Source: Kiritimatiellia bacterium (lineage in GTDB: Bacteria > Verrucomicrobiota > Kiritimatiellia > RFP12 > UBA3636). Taken from it: DNA of 64,000 nucleotides. Location: assembly GCA_017648065.1 (NCBI GenBank), contig JAGCJJ010000039.1:10126-74125 (forward strand), read 5' to 3'. Positions within the stretch are counted from its first letter, which is position 1; each line of letters starts with the position of its first letter. The position numbers were made by a program, and so were the translations under genes. A model generated the notes under the pieces. It did not search any database. It saw nothing but the letters and a program-made list of their open reading frames with translations, and was not told the DNA's origin. Positions 9,396 through 19,437 of the stretch are shown here, piece by piece.

Positions 9396-10385
9396 ATGAA
9401 TGGTTTAACAAAAAAATGTCTTATTACAGGTGGAGCAGGCTTTATTGGCTCTCAATTAGCTAAGCGTCTATTAGATCAGGGTTGCGAGGTAACAGTTATT
9501 GATAACCTCTTTACTGGTTCAAAATCAAACATTTATGATTTGCTGGATAATCCTCGTTTCACATTCTTAATGCACGATGTGACTCAGCCTTTCTGGGGTC
9601 AGTTTGACGAGATTTATAATCTTGCTTGCCCAGCATCTCCAATTCATTACCAGCGCAATCCTGTAGAAACAATTAAAGTTTCTTTCCTTGGTATGATGAA
9701 TACACTTGAGCTTGCTCTTAAGACAAAGGCAAAGGTTTTCCACACATCAACCTCTGAGGTTTATGGTGATCCTGATGTTCACCCACAGCCAGAATCTTAT
9801 TGGGGTCATGTAAATACAATCGGTATCCGCAGCTGTTATGATGAAGGTAAGCGTGCTGCAGAAACTCTTTGCGCAGACTATATGCGTGAGTATGGTGTAG
9901 ATGTTCGTATGATTCGTATCTTCAATACATACGGACCACATATGCACCCACATGATGGCCGCGTTGTAAGTAACTTTATTGTTCAAGCATTACAGGGTAA
10001 AGATATCACTCTTTATGGAGATGGTAATCAGTCTCGCAGTTTCCAATTTGTTGATGATTTGCTAAATGCAATTCAGAAGTATATGGAGATTCCACGCGAG
10101 GACCTTAAAGCATTCTTTAAGAAGCACAATATGGATGTTCCTGTATTGAATGTTGGTAATCCAGATGAGTTTACAATTAAGGAATTGGCTGAGATTACTC
10201 TTGAGCTTCTACCAAATACAGGTAGCAAGCTTGTTTATGAGCCATTGCCAAAGGATGATCCAAAGCGCCGTCGTCCAGATATTACATTAGCGAAGGAGCT
10301 ATTGGGCTGGGAGCCACGCATTAAGCTACGCGAGGGCTTGCCAAGAACAATTGAGTACTTCAAGAAGCTTATTGAAAATAATTAA
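9396..10385 (+). CDS. uxs: UDP-glucuronate decarboxylase / UDP-xylose synthase (extended SDR family)
   Basis: SD GAAGGAAAG before the ATG. N-terminal Rossmann motif TGGAGFIGS and the catalytic YDEGKR (YxxxK) motif are present. At 329 aa it matches the UXS/ArnA-decarboxylase clade along its full length by eye. Confidence 0.85.
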   Translation: MNGLTKKCLITGGAGFIGSQLAKRLLDQGCEVTVIDNLFTGSKSNIYDLLDNPRFTFLMHDVTQPFWGQFDEIYNLACPASPIHYQRNPVETIKVSFLGMMNTLELALKTKAKVFHTSTSEVYGDPDVHPQPESYWGHVNTIGIRSCYDEGKRAAETLCADYMREYGVDVRMIRIFNTYGPHMHPHDGRVVSNFIVQALQGKDITLYGDGNQSRSFQFVDDLLNAIQKYMEIPREDLKAFFKKHNMDVPVLNVGNPDEFTIKELAEITLELLPNTGSKLVYEPLPKDDPKRRRPDITLAKELLGWEPRIKLREGLPRTIEYFKKLIENN

Positions 10386-10423
10386 TTTTCATTTAACAAA
10401 ATAATAAATCTAGGAGAATAAAA

Positions 10424-11233
10424 ATGAAAAAAGGTTTTTCTTTTCTTTCAATCGTAGCTGCTGCAGCTCTTTGCGTTATGGGTTGTTCAAAGTCTGGCTC
10501 AGAAGAAACTTTTACAGTTGGTTTTGATGCAAGCTTTCCTCCATATGGTTTTATTTCAGCAGGTGAGTATGTAGGCTTTGACTTGGATTTGGCTGCTGAG
10601 GTTGCAAAGCGCAATGGCTGGAAGTTAGTTAAGAAGCCAATTGATTGGGCTGCAAAGGATGCTGAGCTTGACGCTGGCACAATTGATTGCGTATGGAATG
10701 GTTTTACTCTTACAGAAGAGCGCAAGACTCAATACACATGGACAAAGCCATATGTTGAGAATGCTCAGCTAATCCTTGTAAGAAGCAATTCTGATATCAA
10801 GGTAGCTGCAGACCTAAATGGTAAGAAGGTTGTTGCTCAGGATGGTTCTTCAGGTGCTACAGCTATGGAAGATTTCCAAAAGAAACAGCAAGCAGCAGAC
10901 AGCACATTTGCTTTTGCAGATTACAAGAAGGTTCCAGATTACAATACAGCATATGCAATGCTAAAGACAGAGGCTGTTGATGCTATCGGTCTTGACTCTG
11001 CAGTAGCTAAAGGCTATGTAGATAAGAGCAAGGGTGAGATGCGTATTCTTGAAGAGCCTCTTTGCTCAGAAGTTTTTGCTGTTGGCTTTAAGCTAGGTAA
11101 TACAGAATTGCGCGATACAGTTGAAAAGACATTGATGGAAATGGTTGCTGATGGCACCTGCGCAAAGATTGTTGAAAAGTGGAAGGCAGATACAAAGAAT
11201 GGAGGAGATGGAATCGATTTTATCTTGAAGTAA
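10424..11233 (+). CDS. Polar amino-acid ABC transporter, substrate-binding lipoprotein
   Basis: SD TAGGAGAA before the ATG. Lipoprotein signal with lipobox (AAALCVMGC). SBP_bac_3-like fold (GFDxDLA...WDAxxA pattern). First gene of an SBP-permease-ATPase operon. Confidence 0.8.
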   Translation: MKKGFSFLSIVAAAALCVMGCSKSGSEETFTVGFDASFPPYGFISAGEYVGFDLDLAAEVAKRNGWKLVKKPIDWAAKDAELDAGTIDCVWNGFTLTEERKTQYTWTKPYVENAQLILVRSNSDIKVAADLNGKKVVAQDGSSGATAMEDFQKKQQAADSTFAFADYKKVPDYNTAYAMLKTEAVDAIGLDSAVAKGYVDKSKGEMRILEEPLCSEVFAVGFKLGNTELRDTVEKTLMEMVADGTCAKIVEKWKADTKNGGDGIDFILK

Positions 11234-11249
11234 TTCGATTTCTATATCC

Positions 11250-12038
11250 ATGAAAAGAAATAATTTTCTGCCATCATTCGTTAAATTATCCACGCTTTTT
11301 GTATTTTTTGCATCAAGCGTGGTTGTCTGTGCTATTGATAATCCACAAGAAGCAACATCTGTTTGGAGTGAAGTTGCTGAATTTTGGCAGGAAATTTGTG
11401 GCATTGTAAATACTCTCGGTAAGGGTGTTCTATATTCTATTGGATTGTTTTTCTTAACAATCCTTTTTGCATTCCCATTGGGTTTGATTGTTGCATTCGC
11501 AAGAATGAGCAAAAATCCGATTATATGCAACATTACTAGAGTTTATATTTCCATCATGCGTGGTACGCCACTCATGCTTCAATTGCTTATTGTTTACTTT
11601 GGTCCATATTATGTATTCGGGATGTCACTAAAGAATTATCCTGAATTTATGGCTGCAGTAATTGCATTTGTTTTGAATTATTCTGCATACTTTGCTGAAA
11701 TTTACCGTGGTGGTATTTCTTCTATTCCAGTAGGTCAATACGAAGCTGCAAATGTTTTAGGATATTCAAAGAATCAGACATTTTTTAAGATTATTCTTCC
11801 TCAGGTAATTAAGCGAATTTTACCTCCTGTAACTAATGAGGTGATAACTCTTGTAAAGGATACATCATTGGCACAGGTAATTGCCGTTGTTGAGACTTTT
11901 ACAATTGCTAAGCAGCTTGCTAATGCTCAAGCTTCTATGCTTCCGCTTATTTGCGCTGGTGTCTATTACTACATATTCAATTTCATTGTTGCAATGGCAA
12001 TGGAACGGATAGAAAAGAAACTTAATTACTATCGCTAG
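11250..12038 (+). CDS. Polar amino-acid ABC transporter permease (HisMQ/GlnP family)
   Basis: Multi-TM protein with an EAA loop (EAANVLGYSKNQTFFKIILPQ). Lies 16 nt after the SBP gene. Confidence 0.8.
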   Translation: MKRNNFLPSFVKLSTLFVFFASSVVVCAIDNPQEATSVWSEVAEFWQEICGIVNTLGKGVLYSIGLFFLTILFAFPLGLIVAFARMSKNPIICNITRVYISIMRGTPLMLQLLIVYFGPYYVFGMSLKNYPEFMAAVIAFVLNYSAYFAEIYRGGISSIPVGQYEAANVLGYSKNQTFFKIILPQVIKRILPPVTNEVITLVKDTSLAQVIAVVETFTIAKQLANAQASMLPLICAGVYYYIFNFIVAMAMERIEKKLNYYR

Positions 12039-12047
12039 GACTGAAAG

Positions 12048-12806
12048 ATGGCTGTATTAGATATTAAAAACCTACATAAAAGCTTTGGCGAAATAGAAGT
12101 TCTTAAGGGCGTAGATTTATCCGTCGCTAAGGGCGAAGTTGTTTCTATCATTGGTCCAAGTGGTTCAGGAAAATCAACTCTTCTTCGTTGCGCAACTCTT
12201 CTAGAACGCATGGATAAGGGTAGTATGGCTTATCTCGGTGATTATGCTGTACAGGAAGATGCCTCTGGTAATAGCATCTATGCTTCAAATGATGAGCTTC
12301 GCAAGTTGAAACGCCATTTTGGTTTAGTATTCCAGAATTTTAATCTATTTCCACATTATTCCGTAATAAAGAATATTGTAGATGCTCCAATTACGGTTCA
12401 GCACCGCAATAAGGCAGAGGTTTATGAAAAAGCTCGTGAATTGCTCGATAAAATGGGCTTGAAGGAGCGTGAGAACTATTATCCTCATCAGCTTTCTGGT
12501 GGACAGCAGCAGCGTGTTTCTATTGCTCGAGCATTGATTAATGATCCAGCAGTACTTTTCTTTGATGAGCCTACAAGTGCTCTTGATCCGGAACTTACTC
12601 AGGAGGTTCTCAAGATTATTCGTGAATTGGCAGATCAAAAAACAACAATGGTTATTGTTACTCACGAAATGAATTTTGCAGCTGAAGTATCTAACAAAAT
12701 CGTCTTTATTGATCAGGGTGTAATCGTTGAGCAGGGTACACCTGAAGAAGTTATTTATTCACCAAAAATTAAACGTACACAAGAATTTTTAGCTCATAGA
12801 AAATAA
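12048..12806 (+). CDS. Polar amino-acid ABC transporter ATP-binding protein
   Basis: Walker A (GPSGSGKST), ABC signature (LSGGQQQRVSIARAL), Walker B (LFFDEPTSALD) and H-loop (VTHEM). Confidence 0.9.
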   Translation: MAVLDIKNLHKSFGEIEVLKGVDLSVAKGEVVSIIGPSGSGKSTLLRCATLLERMDKGSMAYLGDYAVQEDASGNSIYASNDELRKLKRHFGLVFQNFNLFPHYSVIKNIVDAPITVQHRNKAEVYEKARELLDKMGLKERENYYPHQLSGGQQQRVSIARALINDPAVLFFDEPTSALDPELTQEVLKIIRELADQKTTMVIVTHEMNFAAEVSNKIVFIDQGVIVEQGTPEEVIYSPKIKRTQEFLAHRK

Positions 12807-12838
12807 AATATTTAAAAACAATTTAAGGAGAAAAAACA

Positions 12839-13300
12839 ATGAAAGTAATCGAAGGAAATCTAACAGTTAAGGGTGCAAAGTTTGGTATCATTATCAGTCG
12901 CTTCAATAGCTTCTTCACAGAGCAGCTGCTTCAGGGTGCTCAAGATTGCCTAGAGCGCCATGGTGCAAAGACAGATGATATTACAGTAGTTCGCGTACCT
13001 GGTGCTGCTGAGATTCCTTATGCTGCACAGCGCATGGCAAAGTCTGGCAAGTATGATGCTATCATCGCACTAGGCTGCGTAGTTCAGGGTGCAACACCTC
13101 ATGCTGATTTGATCAATACTCAGGTTTCTCGTGCTCTTGCACAGATTGGCCTAGAGGCAGATGTTCCTGTATTGAGCGGCCTAATTGCTGCAAATAACCT
13201 AGAGCAGGCTATTGAGCGTGCAGGCACAAAGGCAGGCAACAAGGGCTGGGATGCTGCAGCTGCAGCTATCGAGATGGTTTCTGTTTTCAAGCAACTCTAA
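12839..13300 (+). CDS. ribH: 6,7-dimethyl-8-ribityllumazine synthase
   Basis: SD AAGGAGAAAAAACA-ATG. At 153 aa with GAKFGIIISRFNSFFTEQLLQGA and VPGAAEIP, it shows the canonical RibH pattern. Confidence 0.9.
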   Translation: MKVIEGNLTVKGAKFGIIISRFNSFFTEQLLQGAQDCLERHGAKTDDITVVRVPGAAEIPYAAQRMAKSGKYDAIIALGCVVQGATPHADLINTQVSRALAQIGLEADVPVLSGLIAANNLEQAIERAGTKAGNKGWDAAAAAIEMVSVFKQL

Positions 13301-13323
13301 TTTAGCTTTAATGGAGTAATGAA

Positions 13324-13794
13324 ATGCCAACAGTAACACGACGTGAGGGCCGCGAGTGGGCGGTACAAATGCTTTTCCAGTTAGAGTTAAATCCTAATAT
13401 GGAGCTCTCAGCTGAGCAAATCTTTAAAGAATTTTGGGATGGACAGATTCGTGTAAATGGCGAGAACCCAAATGTTCGCCCAACACCTCCTATCCGTAAG
13501 TTCTCAGAGGGAATCGTTCGCGGTGTTATGCGTAATTTGGATGCAATTGACAATATTCTTGTTCCAAAACTGGATAATTGGCAGCTGGACCGTGTTGGTA
13601 ATGTAGAGCGCAGTGTTCTACGTATGGGCATTTACGAGCTATTGTTTGCAGAGAATAAGCCACCTGTTCCTGTAGTAATTAACGAAGCAGTTGATGTTTG
13701 CAAGTTCTTTGTAAATTCAGAGTCTGCACGCTTTGTTAATGGTATTCTAGATGCTATCGCAAAGGATAATGTAAAAGATAATAAAGCAAACTAA
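13324..13794 (+). CDS. nusB: Transcription antitermination factor NusB
   Basis: SD GGAGTAATGAA-ATG, 24 nt after ribH (the conserved ribH-nusB pairing). At 156 aa with a REWAVQMLFQ N-terminus typical of NusB. Confidence 0.85.
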   Translation: MPTVTRREGREWAVQMLFQLELNPNMELSAEQIFKEFWDGQIRVNGENPNVRPTPPIRKFSEGIVRGVMRNLDAIDNILVPKLDNWQLDRVGNVERSVLRMGIYELLFAENKPPVPVVINEAVDVCKFFVNSESARFVNGILDAIAKDNVKDNKAN

Positions 13795-13852
13795 TTTGCT
13801 TCTTTTAATCATTATCAATTTGTATAACATATAACGCTCGCTAGGAAAAATA

Positions 13853-15811
13853 ATGATAAGCTTTCAAAATGTAAGTATTCACTTTGGTACGCAAGATGTA
13901 TTACGTGATGTAAGCTTTAAAATCAATCCTAGGGAGCGTGTTGGTATTGTAGGACCTAATGGTGCAGGTAAATCTACAGTATTTCATCTTATCACAGGTG
14001 AGCTAAGCCCAGAGAAGGGTGATGTTGTTTTTGAAGGAGCAAAGCCATCTATTGGACACCTTCATCAGCAACTAAGCAAATGGGATGAAGGAGACACACT
14101 TCTTTCCTATACAATGCGTTCCTCAAAGAAGATTAAGGAGCTTGAGGAGCAAATTACTGCCATAGAAGCACAGATCAGCCAAACTGAGGATAAGCAAGAA
14201 AGAACACGCTTATTAAATCAAGTTGGACGCCTTCAAACAGAGTTTGAGCATCTTGGTGGTTATGATTTAGAAACACGTGTAAAGGAAGCTCTCGGAGGTT
14301 TAGGCTTCCATACATCAGATTTTGATCGTCCATTTTCAGAGTTTTCCGGTGGTTGGAAAATGCGCGCTGAGATGGTACGTACCCTTGTTATCAAACCAGA
14401 TGTATTGATGCTCGACGAGCCATCAAACTATCTTGACCTTCCTGCAGTAGAGTGGATGCAGCGCTTCCTAAAAGAATATCAAGGAACTCTATTGCTTATT
14501 TCTCACGATCGCTTTTTGCTCCGTACACTTACAAATGTTACTTTAGAAATTGATGGACAAACAGCTACTCGCTACAATGGTGGCCTTGACTACTACATGG
14601 AGGAGCGAGTTCGTCGCTACGAAACATTGCTTGCAGCAAAGCGCAATCAAGACCGTATTATTGAGCAAAACCAACGATTTATTGATACATATCGCTACAC
14701 AGCTTCAAAGGCACCTCAGGTGCAATCACGTGTAAAGATGCTTGAAAAGATGGAGCCAATTATCGTTCCTCGTCAAGCTTCAGAGAATGGAAAGCTACGC
14801 CTCCCAGAATTTCATCACTGTGGTACAACAGCACTTACAGTAAAGGATGCTGGATTCTCTTATGATGGAGAAAATTTTGTTTTCCGCAATATTTCATTTG
14901 ATATTGGAAGAGGAGAGCGTGTAGCAGTTGTTGGCTTTAATGGTATGGGTAAAACCACATTCTCACGCCTTGTTTCTGGTGGTGCTACACCTACAGAGGG
15001 TGAGGTAATACTTGGACACAAGGTTGTGCCAGGCTACGTTTCTCAGGACTTTGCAGAAACCATCCCACCTGAGCGCTCATTGATGAATGTTGTAAAACTT
15101 GCTGATGATACACTTTCAGAAAATCAATGCCGCACATTACTTGGCAGCTTTGGTTTTAGTGGTGATGATGCATTTAAGACAGCAGGCGTATTAAGTGGTG
15201 GAGAAAAGATTCGCCTGGCATTTGCAAGAATGTTTGCTCAGAAGCCTAATTTCTTGGTTCTTGACGAGCCTACAACACACCTTGATATCAATGGCCGCCG
15301 TGCTTTGGAAGAAGAGCTAAAAGAATATCCTGGCTCAATGCTTGTTGTAAGCCACGACGTAGAGTTTGTACGAAATATTGCTACAACAATTCTTTCTATC
15401 ACAGAGTCAGGCTTTACCAAATATCAGTGTGGTTATGATGATTTCAGAGCTATGGAAGCAAAGGCTCGTGGCGAAGCTGTTGCAGTTGCTGATGCTTCTG
15501 CATCAACAGGAGCAGAGCAAAAGGCAGCACCATTATCTCAGAAAGAAAAGCGCAAGCTTAGGGCAGAGGAGCGCGAGAAAAAAGCTCCGTTATTGCGCTC
15601 ATTGCGCCGCCGTGTAGAGGCAACAGAAGCGCGAATTGCTGTGCTGGAGCAGGAGCAATCCGAGCTTGTTGCAGCAATGAGTGATGCATCAGCAAATATA
15701 GACTATGCCACAATAAATCGCCGCATGTCAGAAATTCAAGCAGAACTTGAAACACTTAACACACTTTGGGAGCAAGCCGCCTCAGAGCTCGCATTCCTTG
15801 AAGCAGAGTAA
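13853..15811 (+). CDS. ABC-F family ATPase (two fused ABC domains, Uup-like C-terminal coiled coil)
   Basis: Two Walker A motifs (GPNGAGKST, GFNGMGKTT), two signature motifs (FSGGWKMR, LSGGEKIR) and a C-terminal Lys/Glu/Arg-rich coiled-coil tail. No transmembrane domain. Confidence 0.85.
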   Translation: MISFQNVSIHFGTQDVLRDVSFKINPRERVGIVGPNGAGKSTVFHLITGELSPEKGDVVFEGAKPSIGHLHQQLSKWDEGDTLLSYTMRSSKKIKELEEQITAIEAQISQTEDKQERTRLLNQVGRLQTEFEHLGGYDLETRVKEALGGLGFHTSDFDRPFSEFSGGWKMRAEMVRTLVIKPDVLMLDEPSNYLDLPAVEWMQRFLKEYQGTLLLISHDRFLLRTLTNVTLEIDGQTATRYNGGLDYYMEERVRRYETLLAAKRNQDRIIEQNQRFIDTYRYTASKAPQVQSRVKMLEKMEPIIVPRQASENGKLRLPEFHHCGTTALTVKDAGFSYDGENFVFRNISFDIGRGERVAVVGFNGMGKTTFSRLVSGGATPTEGEVILGHKVVPGYVSQDFAETIPPERSLMNVVKLADDTLSENQCRTLLGSFGFSGDDAFKTAGVLSGGEKIRLAFARMFAQKPNFLVLDEPTTHLDINGRRALEEELKEYPGSMLVVSHDVEFVRNIATTILSITESGFTKYQCGYDDFRAMEAKARGEAVAVADASASTGAEQKAAPLSQKEKRKLRAEEREKKAPLLRSLRRRVEATEARIAVLEQEQSELVAAMSDASANIDYATINRRMSEIQAELETLNTLWEQAASELAFLEAE

Positions 15812-15948
15812 TTAAATAATTTAAGCATCGTCCTCAAGTGTCGAAAGACTGACGTTTGTTAGTTACTCGCATACTTTTAGTTAAGTTCTATAAAAAACTT
15901 TTCTATTTCCCAATACCACACAAGCATTCGTGGACATTCGCGTATGCG

Positions 15949-15977
15949 AAAAAGGGGTTGCATCGCAACCCCTTTTT
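15949..15977. terminator. Bidirectional rho-independent terminator between the convergent ABC-F and glnN genes
   Basis: AAAAA-GGGGTTGC-atc-GCAACCCC-TTTTT: a perfect 8-bp GC-rich stem flanked by an A-tract and a T-tract. The glnN stop (15980-15982) is 3 nt away. Confidence 0.7.
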
Positions 15978-15979
15978 GA

Positions 15980-18118
15980 TTAGTACAAGAATAACATTTC
16001 TCGATATTTTGGTAATGGCCACTTTTGGTCATCAACCACACTCTCTAAATCATCAACAATTTTACGAAGCTTTGTCATCTCTTCTATTATTGTTGGTGCA
16101 TTCATTTCAACTAATGCAGCATTTAACATAGAGCAACATTCTGTAATTGCATCAATGCCAACACCAAGTATAGTTGCCTTGTTTCTTATACCCTTAGTTC
16201 CTGCCATCAGCTTTATAGAAGCAGCTGTTTCTAATGCTTCAACAGCTAATTTGTATTCATCCATAACAACAGGCATAATTACACTACTTGCAAGCTCTGA
16301 TGCAATCTCACCCTCAATACGTAGTCTGCGATAATAATCCTCAAGAAATACCTCATAGCGAGAACTCATCTCTAGTTTTGAGAGGACAGCATATTTTTCT
16401 AAGAATTTCTGATTGTTATTATCTAGTAAAGGCTTAAGTCCCTCTAGTGTGTTTGCAAGATTTGGCAAGCCACGCTTTTCTGCCTCTTTGCGCCATTCCT
16501 CGCTATAACCATTACCATTAAAGATGATTCGCTTGTGTTTCTTCATTACATCTTTTAGAATGTTCTGAAGCTGTGCAGTAAATTCCTCAGGCTTTACTTT
16601 TTCTAGCTTTTCTGAAATGTAATCTAATGACTCTGCCACAATTGTGTTTAACATCATATTGACATTTGCACAAGATTGGCTTGAGCCTGGAGAACGGAAC
16701 TCAAACTTGTTGCTTGTAAATGCAAACGGACTTGTACGATTACGGTCTGTTGCATCACGAGGTAGAGGTGGCAAAGTGTCTACACCAATTCGCATTGGTT
16801 CAAGCTTTTTGCTTGCTTTGCGATCACCTGCAACAATACGTTCAACGATTTCATTAAGCTGATCACCTAAGAAAATAGAAATAATTGCTGGAGGAGCTTC
16901 GCCAGCTCCAAGACGATGATCATTACCAACGCTACATGTACAAGCACGTAGTAGATCAGCATGTAAATCTACACCACGAATAATACCTGCTAGCACCGTC
17001 AAGAAAATCATATTCTGCTCAGGGTCCTTACCTGGATCAAGCAAATTACGAGAACCGTATGATACTGACCAATTGTTGTGCTTACCAGAACCATTTACTC
17101 CAATAAATGGCTTTTCATGTAGCAAACAAATTAAACCATAGCGCTCTGCAACAGTGCGTAGCACCTCCATTACTAACATATTGTGGTCTACTGAAAGGTT
17201 TAATTCTTCAAATACTGGTGCTAATTCGAATTGTGCAGGAGCTACCTCATTATGGCGTGTCTTTGCAGGGATACCAAGAGACCATAGCTCTTTCTCTACC
17301 TCTGTCATAAAAGAAACAATACGTGGCTTAATTGAGCCAAAGTAATGATCTTCTAACTGCTGATGCTTTGCTGGTGGAGCACCAAACAATGTACGACCTG
17401 TCTGGATGAGGTCAGGTCTTTGTAAATAAAATTTCTTGTCTATTAGAAAATACTCTTGCTCAGCTCCTAGTGTAACCTTTGCATTTGCTTCTTCAACTCC
17501 AAAGCAATTCATTAAACGACGTACAGATGCCTTTAATGCTTGAATAGAACGGAGCAGAGGAGTCTTTTTATCAAGAGCTGCTCCAGTATAACTACAAAAT
17601 GCTGTAGGAATACATAATGTTGCTCCATTAGGATGACGCTTAATAAATGCTGGGCTTGTTGGGTCCCATGCTGTATAACCACGAGCCTCAAATGTAGAAC
17701 GAATTCCTCCTGATGGGAAACTTGATGCATCAGATTCACCAACAACGAGATTCTTTCCACTGAATGACATAATAGCACCGCTATTACCATTTGGCTCTAG
17801 AAATGAATCATGCTTTTCTGCAGTACCACTAGTTAAAGGTTGAAACCAATGGGTGTAGTGTGTTGCTCCACGCTCAATTGCCCATTCTTTCATGGCATGA
17901 GCTACATCTCCAGCTATTGTAGGATCCAGAGGTGTTCCATTATTGATTGTAGCAATAAGTTGTTGAGCTATTCCTTTTGGCAAATATTGCTGTATAGCGA
18001 CTTCATTAAATACATCTTCACCATAAAAATCAATGTTTGCAGGAGATAGCTCAATTTTCTCAAGAGCTTTTTTATCTCCTATTTTTACTAATGCATCGAA
18101 TCGATTAGAATTGCTCAT
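15980..18118 (-). CDS. glnN: Glutamine synthetase type III
   Basis: 712 aa, the size of GSIII. The GS catalytic-domain pattern is visible (e.g. NGSGKHNNWS, GIPAKTRHNEVAPAQFE). SD GAGGAT before the ATG at 18118. Confidence 0.9.
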   Translation of the reverse strand: MSNSNRFDALVKIGDKKALEKIELSPANIDFYGEDVFNEVAIQQYLPKGIAQQLIATINNGTPLDPTIAGDVAHAMKEWAIERGATHYTHWFQPLTSGTAEKHDSFLEPNGNSGAIMSFSGKNLVVGESDASSFPSGGIRSTFEARGYTAWDPTSPAFIKRHPNGATLCIPTAFCSYTGAALDKKTPLLRSIQALKASVRRLMNCFGVEEANAKVTLGAEQEYFLIDKKFYLQRPDLIQTGRTLFGAPPAKHQQLEDHYFGSIKPRIVSFMTEVEKELWSLGIPAKTRHNEVAPAQFELAPVFEELNLSVDHNMLVMEVLRTVAERYGLICLLHEKPFIGVNGSGKHNNWSVSYGSRNLLDPGKDPEQNMIFLTVLAGIIRGVDLHADLLRACTCSVGNDHRLGAGEAPPAIISIFLGDQLNEIVERIVAGDRKASKKLEPMRIGVDTLPPLPRDATDRNRTSPFAFTSNKFEFRSPGSSQSCANVNMMLNTIVAESLDYISEKLEKVKPEEFTAQLQNILKDVMKKHKRIIFNGNGYSEEWRKEAEKRGLPNLANTLEGLKPLLDNNNQKFLEKYAVLSKLEMSSRYEVFLEDYYRRLRIEGEIASELASSVIMPVVMDEYKLAVEALETAASIKLMAGTKGIRNKATILGVGIDAITECCSMLNAALVEMNAPTIIEEMTKLRKIVDDLESVVDDQKWPLPKYREMLFLY

Positions 18119-18300
18119 AATATCCTCTGGTAAGGTAACTAATAAGGTAATGCCTTAAATATATATAAAATTTCGCGAAATATTTTAAGTTATTTCCTGT
18201 ATATTTACAATACAAATATTCAGTAGTATGACTTCGTTAATATTGTTAATTAATGTTGTTATAAAAGTAATTAGTTTTTATGATATTGAAATTAAATAAA

Positions 18301-19425
18301 CTAGATAATTTCATATTTTTTGAGAAGAGCATTGATTGGTGCATACACATCAGGTGGCAGTTCGTAGATGTTGCTACCTTTGTCACTGATGTATATATCA
18401 AATTCGCGTAGGTTGTCGTTCTTGTCTCTCATTTGTATATGAAGACCTGCCTTGCGAATCTCAACTAAATCAAATAAGTTTTCAGAGAATTTGCTGCGTA
18501 TTGTTTCGTAAACAGAGCGATACTTGTTAGTAAACTTAATGGATGCACCTTGCACACCAATAAAGTCAATTCTTAGTTCAGAAACAAATGCTAATTCAAT
18601 ACCAAATTCATTTCCTTCAAGCTGAAGATTTGTTGTCTTGAATGTGTTTAAATTGTATACTGGAGTAGGTGTAATAATTGGTCGTGAATTTAATATGTCG
18701 CGAGCAAATATTTTAGCAAAGTAACTAATGTCTTTTTCCATTCTTGAAGAGTAAAGCATTAGTTGATTTGTATCCTCGTCATGCAAGAAAAATAGCTTAT
18801 TCTTCAAAAATACTTCAAGAGAACTTGTGTTTTCATCAAAATATGCATTATTAAGTACAATGACATATGCTGTTGTTGTAGAATCGTACTTAAATATCTC
18901 GTATGTGGCAGAGTCCTCTGCAAGCTTATCCATTTTTAGAACATGTTTTAGATTACCTATAAAAGTTGCCATTGAGGTTGTCATAGGAATCTCATCACGA
19001 ATCTCTTCAAGATTATAGCGTGCCCATTTAGAGATAGATTTTATTTCATAAGAAAGAACTAATTGCTCCCACTTTTCTGGATATTTCAAATAGACCCAAA
19101 GTACAATATCAGCAATCGTTCTTTGAGAACTTTCAATATTTGAATCCAGTTTAATTTTTAAATGCGAAAATTGGCTCTTTAGTCCTTTTAATGAAATTGC
19201 ACGATTAAAAATTATATCAAAAGAATATAGTGTATTGATATATGCTATGCGCTGATTCTCCGAAGCATTAGCAGGTGGTATAGCTAATAAATTTACAAGT
19301 TCGTCTTTTGTAAGCTTCCAATTTAATTCGCTATTTGAGAAGAATTGTTCCCAAAATTTCTTAAGAAGCTTGATGTCTGTAAAACGCTTTAGAATTAGGC
19401 GTGGGTTTATTACTTCGTATGCCAT
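18301..19425 (-). CDS. Hypothetical protein (ORFan, markedly AT-rich)
   Basis: 374-aa uninterrupted ORF that starts 13 nt after the aminomutase stop with no SD, suggesting translational coupling. Rich in Lys/Asn/Ile/Tyr. No recognisable motif. Confidence 0.5.
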   Translation of the reverse strand: MAYEVINPRLILKRFTDIKLLKKFWEQFFSNSELNWKLTKDELVNLLAIPPANASENQRIAYINTLYSFDIIFNRAISLKGLKSQFSHLKIKLDSNIESSQRTIADIVLWVYLKYPEKWEQLVLSYEIKSISKWARYNLEEIRDEIPMTTSMATFIGNLKHVLKMDKLAEDSATYEIFKYDSTTTAYVIVLNNAYFDENTSSLEVFLKNKLFFLHDEDTNQLMLYSSRMEKDISYFAKIFARDILNSRPIITPTPVYNLNTFKTTNLQLEGNEFGIELAFVSELRIDFIGVQGASIKFTNKYRSVYETIRSKFSENLFDLVEIRKAGLHIQMRDKNDNLREFDIYISDKGSNIYELPPDVYAPINALLKKYEII

Positions 19426-19437
19426 AATATTTACGAT

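Noticed and set aside
12807-12838. FMN riboswitch upstream of ribH
   Set aside because: Only 32 nt separate the ABC-transporter stop from the ribH ATG. There is no room for an FMN aptamer, so ribH is probably co-transcribed or driven by an internal promoter.
18301-19425. AT-rich ORFan considered as part of a mobile element or genomic island
   Set aside because: There is no integrase, transposase, tRNA or flanking direct repeats. It is translationally coupled to the resident aminomutase gene. It is treated as an anomalous single gene rather than an island.
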